Positions 29,601 through 44,600 of a stretch of 64,000 bases of DNA are shown here, piece by piece (the stretch's first letter is position 1; each line of letters opens with the position of its first letter). Origin of the DNA: a virus; the IMG/VR virus record IMGVR_UViG_3300020185_000033, positions 11,830 to 75,829 of that record. One strand, 5' to 3'. The notes beneath the pieces are model-generated. The model had not been told where the DNA came from. It saw only the letters and a list, made by a program, of their open reading frames with translations, and made no database searches. A program made the position numbers and the translations under genes.

Positions 29601-32600
29601 TTTCAGCATCTAAATTCTGTAGTAGTCTGGTTATTTCAGCAACGCTTCTTTCTTTTTGGAAGTTCACTCTAGCCGCATCAGAAACAACTGTTAAGCCTGT
29701 TTGCCAGAAGTAATAAAACGTTTGTGGTTTTCCATTTATATCTGGGTGTACTTCCGTTATATAGTCACGTGATGTTGTAGGTGCAGTTAAACTTTCTACC
29801 CATTCATAAATTACTACTCTACTACCTGGGAACATCTCTCCCCAATTTTGTGAGCGTTCGTAATTGTTATAGCCCAATGATCCATATGTACCTAAACCTT
29901 GCTCATACCATGTATAACGTAATGTTGATGTATCCCACCATCTCAGACCTACATCTTTTTTGCCGTATTTTACTTTACGAGGATCGTATACAACAGGGTC
30001 TCTTTCGGTCTTAAAGTCAATTTCTTTACCAATAAATCCTGGTAGTATACCTTTAAACGGATCGTATAAGTCCACATCAAATTCTTTTTCAGCACTTGCT
30101 TCATCATATGTGAATACGTCTCTGATAAATTTAGTATCTACTAATTTCTCTTGCTGTCTTATTACCGTATTATTTTCTAAGTATGCCCACTTACCTGTGT
30201 TTTGATAATCGTCAATCCATACGTTACTTAAATTTGAAACATCAACCTTAATGGCTCCGTTTGCATGTAAGTCATTACCGATACGTTGACTCTGTAATGC
30301 ATAAGCATTAACATGCATTGCACTAACATCTGTTGCAGTAATATTGATAGGCGAAGAACCATCTAATCTTCTTAATTCGTATTTGTACAACTCACCGGAT
30401 GCTACTAAGTCACCTATAGAACTACTAATACCAAATGGGTTAGTGCTCTTAAATCTAATACTCTTATTTGCATCTGGGCCTGTTCCCGAAGCAATAGCAT
30501 TACCATTTATGTCGAGTCCGTCTCCGTTAGGGCCGCCTGTCTTGTCTCTATTTCCGGACCATGCAGGGCCACCTGAAACGACATCAATGATTGGCGGTAT
30601 CTCTGGTATATATGCTCCTTCGTCTATGTTCATTTCTTTCAGCATACCAGGTTCACTGCCTTTGATATCAAAACCGTCACCTTCTTCAGTGGTGATTATA
30701 ATACCTGGAAGTCCTCCGCCGGTTTCTAATGAAGCACTGAAGTATGGGAAGCCGTTAGGGTCTTTAGTACTGTGATCGTTAATATAATCTACTAGGCTTT
30801 GTTCGTAATTCTTACCTTTTTGTACACCTTCTGTTAATCCCATGTCTTGGATTGCTGTGCCTTTTTGTGTGCAATCGCCTATTAATCTTCCTGTTAAAAA
30901 TACCCTTCCGCCTTTGCCTTGGCTTCTTTGTACCGGTGGAACTGATCCAACTCCCGCCGGACTAAATGCTAAACCGCCGCCAGCACTTGCCTGGCCATCG
31001 TTATTTAATTTCGAAACATGGTATTCTAACGGAACACCACTGTTAAGATCACCTGGGAATGTTTGGTATAGTCCTCTGTTTAGTATTTTTAACTCTAAAA
31101 TAGCGCCGTCATCATCTACGTCTGTAACTTTAAATACTGCAACTTCTTCCTGATTAGAAGGTGCATCAGCATTAAAAATTACTATACCTTTGGCTCTTCT
31201 GCCTTTACCAACAATAGTCACAGTTGGAGGATTATTATATACATAATTTTGACCAAACAAGCCTGTGCCGTCGTTATTTCCTGTAGGAATAGCTGGTAGA
31301 CCTTGGTAATTAGTAACGCCGTCAGTCCAGTTAACTCCAATCAGTGCGCCAGTCGTTGGATCAATTTTAATATCACGTTCGTCAAATTCAAATCCGTAAC
31401 CACTCTGCCCGGGCCCGCCAACAATAACTCTTGTACTGCCATCATTCTCATATTCGCCTGTTGCGGGATTTATTTTTCCGTATCCAAAACCGCCTTGAGC
31501 AAAACTTATTCCGTATATACCAAGTCCTTCACCTCCACTAAATGCAGGATTACTTTGTTGACTTACTGCTATACCGCCAACTGCTCTAAGAATATCGTCT
31601 CTCTCATACCCGGATCCATTAAAGCCCTGTGTTATAGTAGAAGGTTTTTTTCTGGCCAAACGTTGTTGTGCTGTTATAGTATTTGTTATATAATCAGTAC
31701 CTGATGCTGTTGTTGACACACTACCAACTTTTACGGCTGCCGTGTTAGCATCGCTATCTGTGTCAGCTGATATATCTGTACTTACATTTGTTGTGCTTGT
31801 TCTAGTACCTGCAAGGGTTGTTGTCTCACCATAAGCATAATTCTTTTTATTATTAACAGTATAGTCTAGTACTTCTTTTAATTCTCCGCCTTTGCAACCA
31901 TTTCTTAAAATTATTGGATCCGGAGTGTTATCTCTCATCCTAACTTCGACACAACGTCCGCCATACCCATCATCTATCTCTGTTACGTCGACTGCTCCAC
32001 CAATCGATGATTGTTGAATAGCCGCCCTCATACTTTCCGTAGATGTTACGCCTGTTAGTGTTATTTGTGTATTGTTAATCCAAAACGAGTCACCTGCTCT
32101 CACACTATATATAGAATGCGATGATGCAATACCGGCAGGTCCATTAGCGCCTGGATTAATCCATTTATTATCCGCACAGAACTTAACTTTCTTGCCCATA
32201 CAGTATTCGTCCATTGGTATAGATAATGCCCCTTGTGACGCTCCTACAATAAGAGGTCCGTACATTCCTGTCTTATTTTTCTTTAACAGTGAAATTGTCA
32301 TTACACGTGGCTTAGGCTTTTGAGGATTACTATGCGGATTAAACGCACTGTTATCGGGTATTGGTGATTTTGTGCTTGGCACAAACGAGCCATCTGCCGC
32401 CGCAAATGACGGTCTGCCACTTAGTGGGCCTGTAGGTTGACTTCCTGAATTATTAAAGTTAGTTGCACTTGCTGTTATACTACCTTTATAAAATGATTCC
32501 TGGTTATCAAAACGTTTAACTGTGGTAGTTTGTGCGCCACCGCGAATATTTGGCTTAGTACCTAATCCTGGTCCATTACCCACCAGGTTGATATAGGCTC

Positions 32601-35600
32601 CTATATATGGATTAGTGAGTCCGTTATACTGTGCAACTGCTACTGGGTTAACGTGGACCTGATGACCCACCTGATTAACCTGATGAGTAGTACTACCAGT
32701 TTTGTTACCACTTACTGTGTTATACTGCACTGAAGTACAGCCTTGATTATTTCTTTGACTATTTCTACGTTGATTAGTATTACCACCAGAGTTACTGCCA
32801 CCGCCTTGTCCATTTTCATTTCCAACACCTGCACCGCCTTGATTAGATGCGCCGCCAGTCTGGGCACCAGTACCTTGGGAACCATTTGATTGCTCGAAGT
32901 ACCAAGGATTTTGTCCTCTGTCTATTAAGAATCTATCTGCGGCCCAAAGGAACACAGACGAGCCAGTACCACCAATACCTCTTGTTGTTTTAACTGTTAT
33001 CCATCTACCGTTACCTGGTCTATAGTTAAAGAAGCATTTACCTACATTCTTTCTGCCGCCGCCGGCTGTGATGCCGCCCATGTCCGCATAACCTGTGAGG
33101 TATCCATCACCACCACTCAGGTTTGTTTTTATTTCGTCAAATCTGTTCCTTTCTGCTGTTGTCAGTGTAGTACAGTTTGGATTAGAAGATGTTGATGCAA
33201 CGTGTCTTTGTGTATTACCTTTTGTAGTACCTTGGTATACATCCATTCTATCTGCCGCACCATACATGTTAAAGAATATGTTTAATGTTTTATTAATACT
33301 GGTGTCTGCCGCTAAGTGAAAACTTGTGATTTCAGTTGTAGGACCGTTACTATGGTACAAGTAGTAATCTACTTCTTCAAAATCAGGTACTGGGCTTACT
33401 GAAGTATCGTCAATCACAACACTAGCAGTACCTATATCTGATAACCCTTCACTTGCTCCATTAGAGTCTGCCCCTGCAGGTGTTAGTATTAATGTTTCGC
33501 TACCTTCTGTTAAAACGTCTTCCTTTGTGACTACAGATGCAGTGCCTATCCAGTTGTTGCCGTTTGTTGGCACCATATCAAATGTTATTGTCATTGAATC
33601 AGATAAATCACCGCCACTATCAAAGTCAGCACGTTGTACGCCTGTCATTGTGGCTGTGAGTGTTGCACCTGATTGTAAATTTTTACCAGATACTGTAAAC
33701 TCTATTCTTTCGCCATTTTCACTTACTTTACTCTTATCAGCCTGTATATTAGTATATGTCGGTACTGGGTCTAAACTTGTATCTCCTACTGCAACCGTGT
33801 CTGCTGGTCCGCCAGTAATACTACCTTTGTTTGTTGTTCCTCTTAATTTGAATTTTAATGTTTCCTGTCCTTCCGTGTTACTATCAGCAACAAATTGTAC
33901 TGTTTTTGTTGCGGTACCTTTGCCGTTCCCATCAACACTAAATGTCATAGTAAATGGTGATGTTATTCCACCTGATATATCAGTAACGCCAATGAGATCT
34001 ACACTACCTGTTGCATCGACTTCAATTGTTTCGCCTGCTACAACGTTATCAGCAGTTACAGTAAATGTTGCAGATGTTCCTTCGTTAGCAACGTCTTTAT
34101 TCCATAGTGCTGTGAAGGACTCTGCATAAGGCTTATAGCAACTTGCAATACCGTCTACATATCGTGTTTCTGTCTCTTTACTACATTTACCATGCTTAGG
34201 ATCAGTTGCATTTTTACACTTCCATATTTGTATTTCTGTACCTGCGCCGTTATAGCCATTCGCATCGATGAAACACGACTTGCTCTGCAATTCATACGCA
34301 TGTGTATGTGGTATTAAATCTGCACAATCTACATTTGCATGTTTTATTGTAAGTCCCGGCATTTCTTCAGTGACTGTTGCACCTAACTGCACATCATTAA
34401 ACAATGCAATTTTACCTGTCAAAGCAGGATTATTAGGTGAGACAGTTAGTGATCCACCTACACCGTATTTTTTACCGTAATCGCTGAACTGATCTCCTAA
34501 TGCACCCATTGTGCCTTTTTCAGTTCTTGTCGATGATGTTACCCATATAGTTCCATCGTCGGCTTCAATTGTTCCATCACTCATCATTGTATATGTTACG
34601 CCGTCTCGTTCCCAAGATGTGCCTACCTCTACTGACTCCCACGCACCTGTAACATGATTATATACTGATTGCTCAGTGCCCCAGCTACTGCCGCCGTCAC
34701 CGTAAGTAATGTTGTCGTCTGTAAGTTGTCCACCGCCTAACGAATATCCCTGCTGGTTATTCTGCAAGTAAGTCTGTGCTTGTGGTGATACCATTGTTTG
34801 TTGGTGTGGCAATACATTATCTACAAGATTTTTTAACCCGGCTACTAATGCCTGGTTTGCAATCTCTTGTGGCGTTAGAGTGGGCTTTTCTTTCGGTTGA
34901 GAGTTTTTTGTCGTAGTTTGAATAGTATTCATTAAATCATTAAACGTGTTCTGGGGGTTTCCAGCCGTTGCTGGCTCTGGCGCTACATATCCAGGTGGTT
35001 GCTGAGGACCAAACGTTACCTTTGCTGTCGTCATAGCTGGTGCTGTACTTTTTTTCGTTGTTCCAACTGATAAAGGCGCCGCCTTTGCACCAGGTCGTGC
35101 ATCTGGTCTGCCGCCAGCGGCTTGGTATGCCGCTACAGCGTCTTTTATGTTAATGAAATTCATATTAATACCGAAGGAGCCTTTTTTAACTACTGTACCA
35201 GCTTTGCTGTACATAGTGTCTCTGATGTCATTAGCATATTGTTCCACACTGTGCCACGGGTAAGCACCCTTAACAACATCTGCCCCATTCATTTTGATAT
35301 CACCTAGGTGGTCTGCAATGAGGAATGGTATGAAGCCTGCCTTGCCGGTCAATTTGTTTGCATCTTCTCCGTGCATAAGATATTCGAATCTAGAACTATA
35401 TGTTTCGCCACCTATTTGGTATGGGTGTGCAAATCCTGGATAGTCAACAACTATTGTATTTGCTGTTGGGATATCAACTACGGTGAATGTATTATTATAA
35501 TAATCAGGCTCAAACGCATTTACTGTTATTTCTTTTCCTATTAACTTGTCTGAGCCGTCTGTTGCAAATGAGTGGTCTTCTCTAGTTGTAATAACTGTGT

Positions 35601-38600
35601 TTGCACTCATAAATGTTGCTTCTTCATACAGTGTCATTGTGGTTTGAATTGTGGCACCTGCACTCAATGTGACTGCATTTGTTAATGTAATATCTGTTTC
35701 GTTGTCGGATACGGACTCAACTTTTGTATTTGCTGGAACACCTGTGCCGCTAACATTCATTCCAATAACTAGTCTATTAGTAGTACCTACTACGCTTATA
35801 GTTGTGTTTGCTGTAACATCACGTGCCACAGTAAATTCATCTTCTATAGGTGCTAACATTGTATCCAGTATAACAAAACTATTTGTTGTAGTGTCGAGCT
35901 TTCTTATTTTTTGTATAATAAGTTCAGGCGACATTTTATTAATTTTCACATAACCTAAATTTTCAAGTGTGGATAGATCTGCATCTGTTGTAATTTTTGT
36001 TGCTTCGTTGATTGTGAACGATAAGTTTGTTTCGTCTAAGTTACCGCCTGTGTAGGTATCAAGTTCAATATCGAATACAACAAGATCTACAGTCTCCGCA
36101 GGAGTACCTGGAACTATCTCGCGAATTGCTTTTGCAAATTCTATTGTGTCGTTCGATGATAATGTTACTGTGTTCTTAACTGTAACATTAGCAACTTGTC
36201 CATCGCCTTTATGCCTAAACTTCAACGTATCGTTATTATTAATCACTCTGCCGTCAGCTAGAGTAATATCGTAATAATCAAATTGTGTTTCGTCCCATAA
36301 AATATTATAAGGTTCTCCCTCTGGTGTTATACCCACCGTTGTAACTGATGTAATGCCCTGTGACAACGTTATGTCTCTTCCTGATATACTTGCTACTGTT
36401 ACAGTGTCCTCTTCGGCATCTATTACACCTGTTAGTGTAATAAAGTCGCCTACACGAATATTTGATGTACTCGATAATGTAAGTGTGTTGTTTGTTGCGT
36501 TAGCACTTTCAATAAACCTTGCAGGCTCGGATCCTTCGTTGTCAAAATCGAAATTAACACTCATAACCTCTACTGGTTCTGCTATACTTTCATGGAACAA
36601 ATACATGCCCGGTTCAATTAGTTCAGGTGTTGTTACATCTACTATTGTGCCGCTTACAACACTATTTTCAACAGTGCCTTGTAAAGGTACAGATACATTT
36701 CCTAATTTACCTACACTGTCTGTTATAAGATCTTTATTAAGAACTCGCTCTCCTCTGATATTCTTTGGAGCAAAACTGTTGCCTGCTAATTCAGTACCCG
36801 AAGCATCTTTGAATCTAACTGTTATGCCGTTAACTAAAGCGTCTGATATTTCTTCGTAACTATGACCCATAGTTGAAATGCTGTTTGGAACTGCTGTAAT
36901 CTTTAATGTTGTTTTTGCTAATGAAACATTTGCACTGTCTGTGATTACATCCAATGATGAATTAGTGCCATATAGCCTAGATCCAACTGTAAATGTGTCG
37001 TTAGTAGTTGCGTTAACAGTGAATACTTCGCCTGCACTACCACCTAGGTTATCAACATCAAACACAATCTCTGTGCCTGTTCTAAAATCGTGTCCAGGTG
37101 AATACATTTGTACATCATAATCAATACTTGTATTGCCTGTTTTGTTTTTACCAAAGTTTATAAAACTAATGTTTGCTTTAGGCACTGTGTTAGTCATTCC
37201 GCCTAATACTGTTGTGTTAGCATATAATTGTACATCGCCAGCGCCTGTTAGATTTGCAACTTGGAATATGTTTCCATTTAAATTTGAACCGCTGTTGTCG
37301 TTAAACTTTAAATAATGTCCAATTGCAACTCCGTCTGTTGCACCATTATTAATTGTGAACGTTAACTGGTTGTTAACAATTCTCATGTCGGGGACAGCAT
37401 CTACACTTCTAAAGATTGTTATGTCTGTTGTTGTAGGTACTGTTGCTCTAGCAAACTGGTATGCATGTTGTAATGCAACTGGTTCAGCACTTATAATATT
37501 ACCACTTAGTTGTGGTCTAATCTCGAGAATTGAATTAACAGCTGGAATTGTATATTCGATATTGCCCATCTCAACAGATTGTTCAGCAACTTTTTCTTCG
37601 CTTACAAATCTTGTTACAGGATGGTCAACTTCTGCTTGTTCTGTTACATATATTGGGTTGCCGTCAAAGGATACCAAGTCTTTGTATGCGTCCGATATAA
37701 CGTTGTCGCCTTTAAGTGCTAATACCTGATCAAACCACTTAGTGTGGTCATACTCTGTGCTTGTATTAGCATTATCATTGTTGTCTAGTATAATATCGGA
37801 CAACTTAACATCTGCCCAAAGGAACGATGTTCCAACAGTGTTGTCGTATTCTACATACGAAATAGTTGCGCCAGTGTCTGTGAGTTTATAAACTTCAAAT
37901 TCTTCGTGCTCGCCTTTTGCAAAGTGAACTGTATCGTTTACTTTTGGCAATTTGTTTGTTCTAGTAATTTTAGTAATATCAAATAAGTTTTCAAAATCAT
38001 AAATGTCAAATGCTTGGTACTGTACATTATACTTGGATACATATCCTGAGTTAGGTAAAGGCGCATACTTGCTGTCTACCATGCCTACATAACTAACACT
38101 TGATGTCATAGGCCATAAGCCTTTCTCCGCCATGTCAGTAGGTCTTACTGTCAATCTTAGAGGATCATCGACATCAATTAATATTGTTGCATCATCTTTT
38201 GAATCTGGATAAATTTCAAATGTTCTTATCTGCGTTAACTTAGCCGCTAATGCATCGTTGGCAAATACCTTAATGTTCAACGATGAACCAGGTAAGTCAC
38301 CTTGGTATGAATCTTCCAAGTCAATTGTGCCACGTTCAATAATTTCTATAGTTGAATTAGGCTGTATAGGTGAACCAGGAATAGCACCACAGTCTAGGAA
38401 TGTTATAGTAGATTCCCCTGAGGAAACATTACTAGTAATTGTGTATAATGCTTCTTCGCTAGTTTCTGGTAGTTTAATACCGTTAATTTCTACATCGACA
38501 TGCGGATAACTGCCGTTAATAATTTGTAAATTGTCTGCGGCTATTTCATCTGTTGTTGTTATACCGTCACTAACACTTACTGGTGTAAACGTAAAGCTCT

Positions 38601-41600
38601 GTGAAATATTACCGGATAATAATGCGTTAGTAACAATTGTTGTTCTGCTACCTTCGTCAAATTCCCAATCATGCGAGCCAGGCGGAGTACCTACAATATT
38701 ACCTGTTGTAGTTGCACCGTCAACAGAAACAATAATGTCACTAAACGTTGTGCTGTTTGCAGTTTCGAAACTGTAACGTTGTCTTGGCTGGTATCGCTTT
38801 GCAGGTAAGTTTAATGTGCTTTCTAACGTACTGCCTGCACCTTGCTCTGCTAGTGTAAAGTCATTGCCCTTAATTGTTAAGAAGAATTCTTCAGTGCCTG
38901 TACCTGCTGTTCTAGTAAACGTTGCTGAAATATTTGCACTAATTTCTGCTGTATTATTAATTGCATTAGCAACATCTTCTACAGTAGTAACTGAGCTTAG
39001 ATCAATAACAGTGTTTACATTAGAACTAAAATGATCTGTGATTAAAATATTACCAGCCGAAGTTAAATCTGCAACTGTTATGTTGCTTGTAGAAACAGCA
39101 TATGGCTTCAAGAATGATGTAGTAATATTTGCTGTAAATAACTGTGCCGCAACTACTGTTACACTAGGATTAATAGTGTAACCGTACCCTGGTTCGTCTA
39201 CAGTCACATCAGATATTCTTCCGTCTGTTCCGATATTAACTGTGGCTTTAGCAGTTGTGCCGCCGCCGTATTCGAAACTACCTGGAATGTCTGCAGGAGG
39301 TGGTTCAATTTCTAAGAATGGTCTTTGATAGAATTTAGTTGTTCTATCAAGCACTTCCACTTCGTTAACTTTACTAACAATGTCTTCTGGGTAAGCAACT
39401 TGTATAAGTTGTCTTTCGTTTGTTATTTCACTCTCTGCAATTTTTAAATCTATTGTTTGGTAGTTTTCTATGTCACCGAAGTCGCCCGCTTTAAGAGCCC
39501 ATTCGTCATAAATTGCAACACTACCAGGAACAAGAACTTTGTCGCTGTTAAGTAATACTTCGATACTGTTCTTAGTACCTTTACTTCTGATCATTCCAGA
39601 ATAAAAATCATACTGGTCATCTTGCGTAAGTTCAAATTCTCTTAAATATTTTCTTTCTTCATAACCGTACTGTCTTCTACTTGCTTCGTATAGTTGTTTC
39701 TCAACTGGTACATGTCCAATCTCATTATATTTGCCCATGTCGCCTGCAAGTGTATCAAAGTTTGGCTTTAAGCCGTTGTCTGTGATAATATAGCCATCTG
39801 CTGTTAATGTGCCGTTCCAATTAGCAGTACGTTTACCTTTAATTTTTATTCTACGTTGTCTTTGACTTAAAACGTTGTCAAATATTGTATCACCAAATAT
39901 AGTTTTATTTGATAATACCATTGCATGTTCAATTTCATTTGTGTATAATATTACACCGTAAATCTGTTTGCCTTCAGGTGGATTAATAGTAATCTTATTC
40001 GTATCTCTAATAATCTCGCACTCGGAAGTTTTAATTGATCTACCTTCTTGATCCAATATGCTGTACTGACTTTGGTCAACATCAATAATTTTACTTACTC
40101 TACCAATTGGTGCTGTAAACTTGACCCCAGACGCTAATGGACTTAAACTTAATGTGTTACCTGCGGCCCATTTGCCTATGCTCCAGAACAGGAATTGCCT
40201 TCCGCTGTATAGCCAGTTATTAACGTCATTGATATCTCCGTTAAACTCGCCGAAGTCGAAACCCATTGCTTCTTGCTTTCTGCCTAAACTATTTAAGAAA
40301 TCAAATACTTCGTTAACTGTATCAAGTACTGTGCCATATTCCACTTTCTTAATTGTACCTGTGCCTGTTAAGTATAATGTTGCTTCAGCGGCGCCAGTCA
40401 TTGGCAATGAAGGTAGTCTCTGCCAAATTGCTGTGTCTGTTACAACACTGCCTGCAGGAGCAAACTCTTTTGCTCTATAAAAGTTATAGCCTGATTTTAC
40501 TATTGAACCTATTTGATAATTTGTACTGTTGCTATAATTTGCAAATTCAACAGGTTCTCCGCCAACAGTAACTTCTGTTGCTGGACCACTAGTGTTACTT
40601 TCTTCTATTTCAAAGAAGCGTTTTACTGAATTATAGCCGTCTATCTTGTACTTGCCGTCAGTTGTGTAAGTAATTAATACACCAGTAAAGTCATTTGTTG
40701 TGCTGTAAGGTCCTACATGCACATTTACTTCAATATCTTCTTGGGGCAATATTAAACTTGAACTGTTACCAGTTGAACTGTAACTATCACTGAACACTGT
40801 CATAGTATCTTTGTCTATGTAGCCAGCAAATTTATGACCAAGTTTGCTTATAATTGATCTGTAAGGTTTAACAAATTCTGCTGTTGTGTTAAGACCTTGG
40901 AATTTCATAAATGCATGGATGAACTGGGTAAAGCCCACAGTATAAACTGTTTGCTCAGACGCATTAATTTCGCCGTGTATATCTACTAATTTAGTTTTAA
41001 TTCTTCTCTTTGTATCTCTATCTAATAACTGCTTAGAGTTAGCAAGTCCTCTAAACGGTTTTCTCGGATCGGAGAACACACTGGCAAACTTACCAGGCTG
41101 TGCTAATAATAGCGCCTGCATAACCGCAAATGGATAACCTTCTGAGATTCTCCATGCATTTTCTACAGGAGCATTGTCTCCAAATTTCCAATTTTTATTT
41201 GTAAGTTCTGTGTTTACTGAGTATGTTGTATCTAATGTACTTAAAACAGTAAACGTTGCAAGAGACTGATCCTGGGTAGTAGCAGTACCGTTATTATTTG
41301 TACTAACAGTTCTCGGTGTTGATGCAAAACTTGGTCCTGTTGTGTATGGATATGCTGGGTTACTGTCAGCATCCACAGTTGCAACATAGTAATATGTGCC
41401 TGCAGGGAATTCAGGAGTTATGCCGTGACGGCCATTGTATGCATCAAGATCACCAGTTGAAGAACTATACTCGTAGTCTTCTACAAACTCTCCTGTAGGC
41501 AAGCCGCCTATTGTCGATCTCGTTGTTGTTTTTAAACTGTAACTACTTTCTATTCTTTTAATGCTACTCGAAGCATTTGCTCTGTCTGAGTATCCATATG

Positions 41601-44600
41601 GTCCGTAAATTGGGAAACCATCAAATGCCCAACCTACTATAGGTGAATGAGCAGTTGTATTCCAGCTGTCTAATCCAACTGCTTGTGGGCTAGGTTGAAT
41701 ATATCCGTAAATGCCGTTGTTGTCAGGTGCGCCGCCGGCTGTATCTCTGCTAACTTCATTTCTATACATGCTGTTGTAAGTAAAGTTAGTGCTATCGCTG
41801 TGTGCTATACCTGAGTTAGCATTAGTAATTAATGCACCGTTAGTTGCTAGACCAATTGCAGTGTTGCTAGTTGAAGTTGCGTTTGCATAACTTGTTCCTA
41901 AACTACTAGGATCTACTCGTCCTACAAACGATTCTATTGTGTACGAATAAGATTTATCTTCTATTGTATTAGCATTATCTGACGTAGGAAAGTTGCCTAC
42001 TGGGTGATTCATAACATTGTGTGTTGTTATGTTCATCACCGTGCCTACTTCCCACACACTTAACCCGTCAACATTTAAAATTGTATCTGCATCGGCACCC
42101 GAAGTACCACTTGTGGTTGACGTCCAACTAGTTGATTTTGTTGTTGCTGTTGTGCTAATAATATTAGCAGGTGCAATCAACTCGCCACTTGCATTAACAG
42201 GTAGCTCATATGCTAATCCGATACGTCTGTACGGATTATTTTCTCTGTATCTATTGTTAGTTACATTTTCTCTGTTACCTTGCCTAATAATACCTTGTTC
42301 CAAGTCAGCCCATAAATTAACATTAGTCGAACTATAATCTGTGCCGTATGTTGTTTCCCACCATGTAGGCTTTCTAGTAAATCCTAGCATTTCCCACGGA
42401 TGTGTATGAGGGCGTTCTGTGTCATAACATGATTCGAATATTCCTCTCCAGTAAGCAGGCTTAGGCGTGCCGGCATTGTAATTCCAAGTCCATACGTCGT
42501 CTTCTCTGTAGAATTCATTCTTAACAAAATCTACGTTGTTTCTTGTGATATAGTTGTTAAAGTTAGAACGTAACAATGCATAAAATTCGTCTCTGTTTCT
42601 ACCTGTTGTTCTAAATCTGCCTGGTCTAATGTCTGTAACATTTAAGTCAGGTAAACTATCAGAATTCCTAAACTGTTGTAGTGTGGCATTGTAAATTCTT
42701 TTCTCAAATTCTAACAATATAAAGTCGTGTACATCATCTAGTGCAACAGACTTACTACCATCGTGTCCTACTACCATCTTTATAGGACTAACAAATGATG
42801 TATCAGTGATAATCTCTGGATATGTGATAGGGTACATTCCCAATGCACTAGGTGTTGAAGGTACTTGGGCACTTTCTCTGTTAGCATCATATAGCCTAAC
42901 TTTAATAGTGTTGCCTAGTGTTGGCGTGTAATTGGTTGTAAATGTAATTGTAACAACGCCATTGCTAGAACTTACAGCATAGTCGATATCAGCACACAAC
43001 AGTTTGTCAGGTGTAACACCGTCTGATTCGTATACATAAACTGTGTTGTCAATTTTTAATAAATCTAAGTAGTGCGAACAAGTGTATTCTTTTGTTAGCA
43101 CATTATTAATAACAATCTTCTCTTCGATATATTTGTCACCGAATGCTATCATGAATGTATCATCAAATACATTCTTACCTTGGTTATATGCTATAACATT
43201 TTCTATTACTAACTCTAGCATGTCGCCGTAGGACATAGCACTGTAATCATTGCCATTTACAAAGTTAACAATCTCTTTCTTTAATCTGTTTTTATACTTG
43301 ACGTATTCTTCAGCAACAAAATCCATACTGTCTTTGATATTAAATTTATCGTTGCTGAATAAGAATGCTGACAACCTTAAATCATCGTCAGTTTGTAAAA
43401 TCTTGTCTGCATATTTTAATTCTGTTTTTATGTCTGCAGAGTTGTTTGCACCTAGAGAATCACCTTTTGCATCTTCTTGGAGCTCTAATAAGTTTTTAAA
43501 ATGCTCTAAATATTCGGGCTGTGATATAGAAAGAATATCAGCATTATCTAAGTTCGAATGCCAACTGCCTGGAACGTGATATCTGCCATCTGTGTTTGCA
43601 TTAATAAAGTAACCAGTTTTTGTTTCAGTAAATATATCAATTATATCAAATTTGCTAAATGTAAAACTGCTAAATTTAATAGCAATTTGTTCACTGTCGT
43701 ATGAGAACAGTTCTGTTCTAATACCGTTAACATACACTCTAATACTTTTTTCTACTAAGCCTGCAATATCACTATCTGAGTTTGTAGGTACTGCTGATAT
43801 ATGGTACAATCTTCTAGAGGTTTCGAAATCACTATCGCTTATGACATACCTGTCTTCTACACGTTGCTGTAGTTTGTCTTCTAATGGTCTCCATGCCGTA
43901 TCGTATGTTACATCATTATTATTTCTCTTATAATATATGTAGCCTTTAATTTGAGACTTAGTTGTTCCGCCAAAAGGAACATACGATTCAAAATAATCAT
44001 CTATATGGTTTGTAAAGGATATTTCACTAAAGTTATTAAAGTTTTTATACTCTAACGGAAATCCTAAAACAGTATCTTCTGTAGTATTTACTTTCGCGGG
44101 TGTATACCCGAAGATATTATTACCTGTAAATGTACTGTTAGGGTACACTGCATCATCGTCAAGTCTAACTTTGTTACTGTCGTACATAACAAATTCAATT
44201 GGTGTATTAATTTTTGTCTTTTGTTGTCCTGCTACCCAGTCAGTGCCTGACCAGTGGTATTCTATACCCTGATACCTAGCACCAAACTTAATTGTTATTA
44301 CATCACCTTTTTGTGCAACGTAAGGTATAAAACCTACATCACCATCTAATAATCCTGCAGGGCTACTTTCGTCTGCCAGTCTAGATAATGCTACATTGCC
44401 TGAACCGTCATCATTAATAACGTATGCATATTGGGAAATAGACGCACTGTCACTTGCAAGTAGTATTGTATTACCGGGTTGTAGTGTTACTGAATCAATT
44501 GACGCTCCTGTTGGACGTCCGACTACTTCGGATTGCAGATAACCTTCAGTACTGATATCTACTGCAAATTTACCTGTAGTACCAAAATTGTACAATTCGA

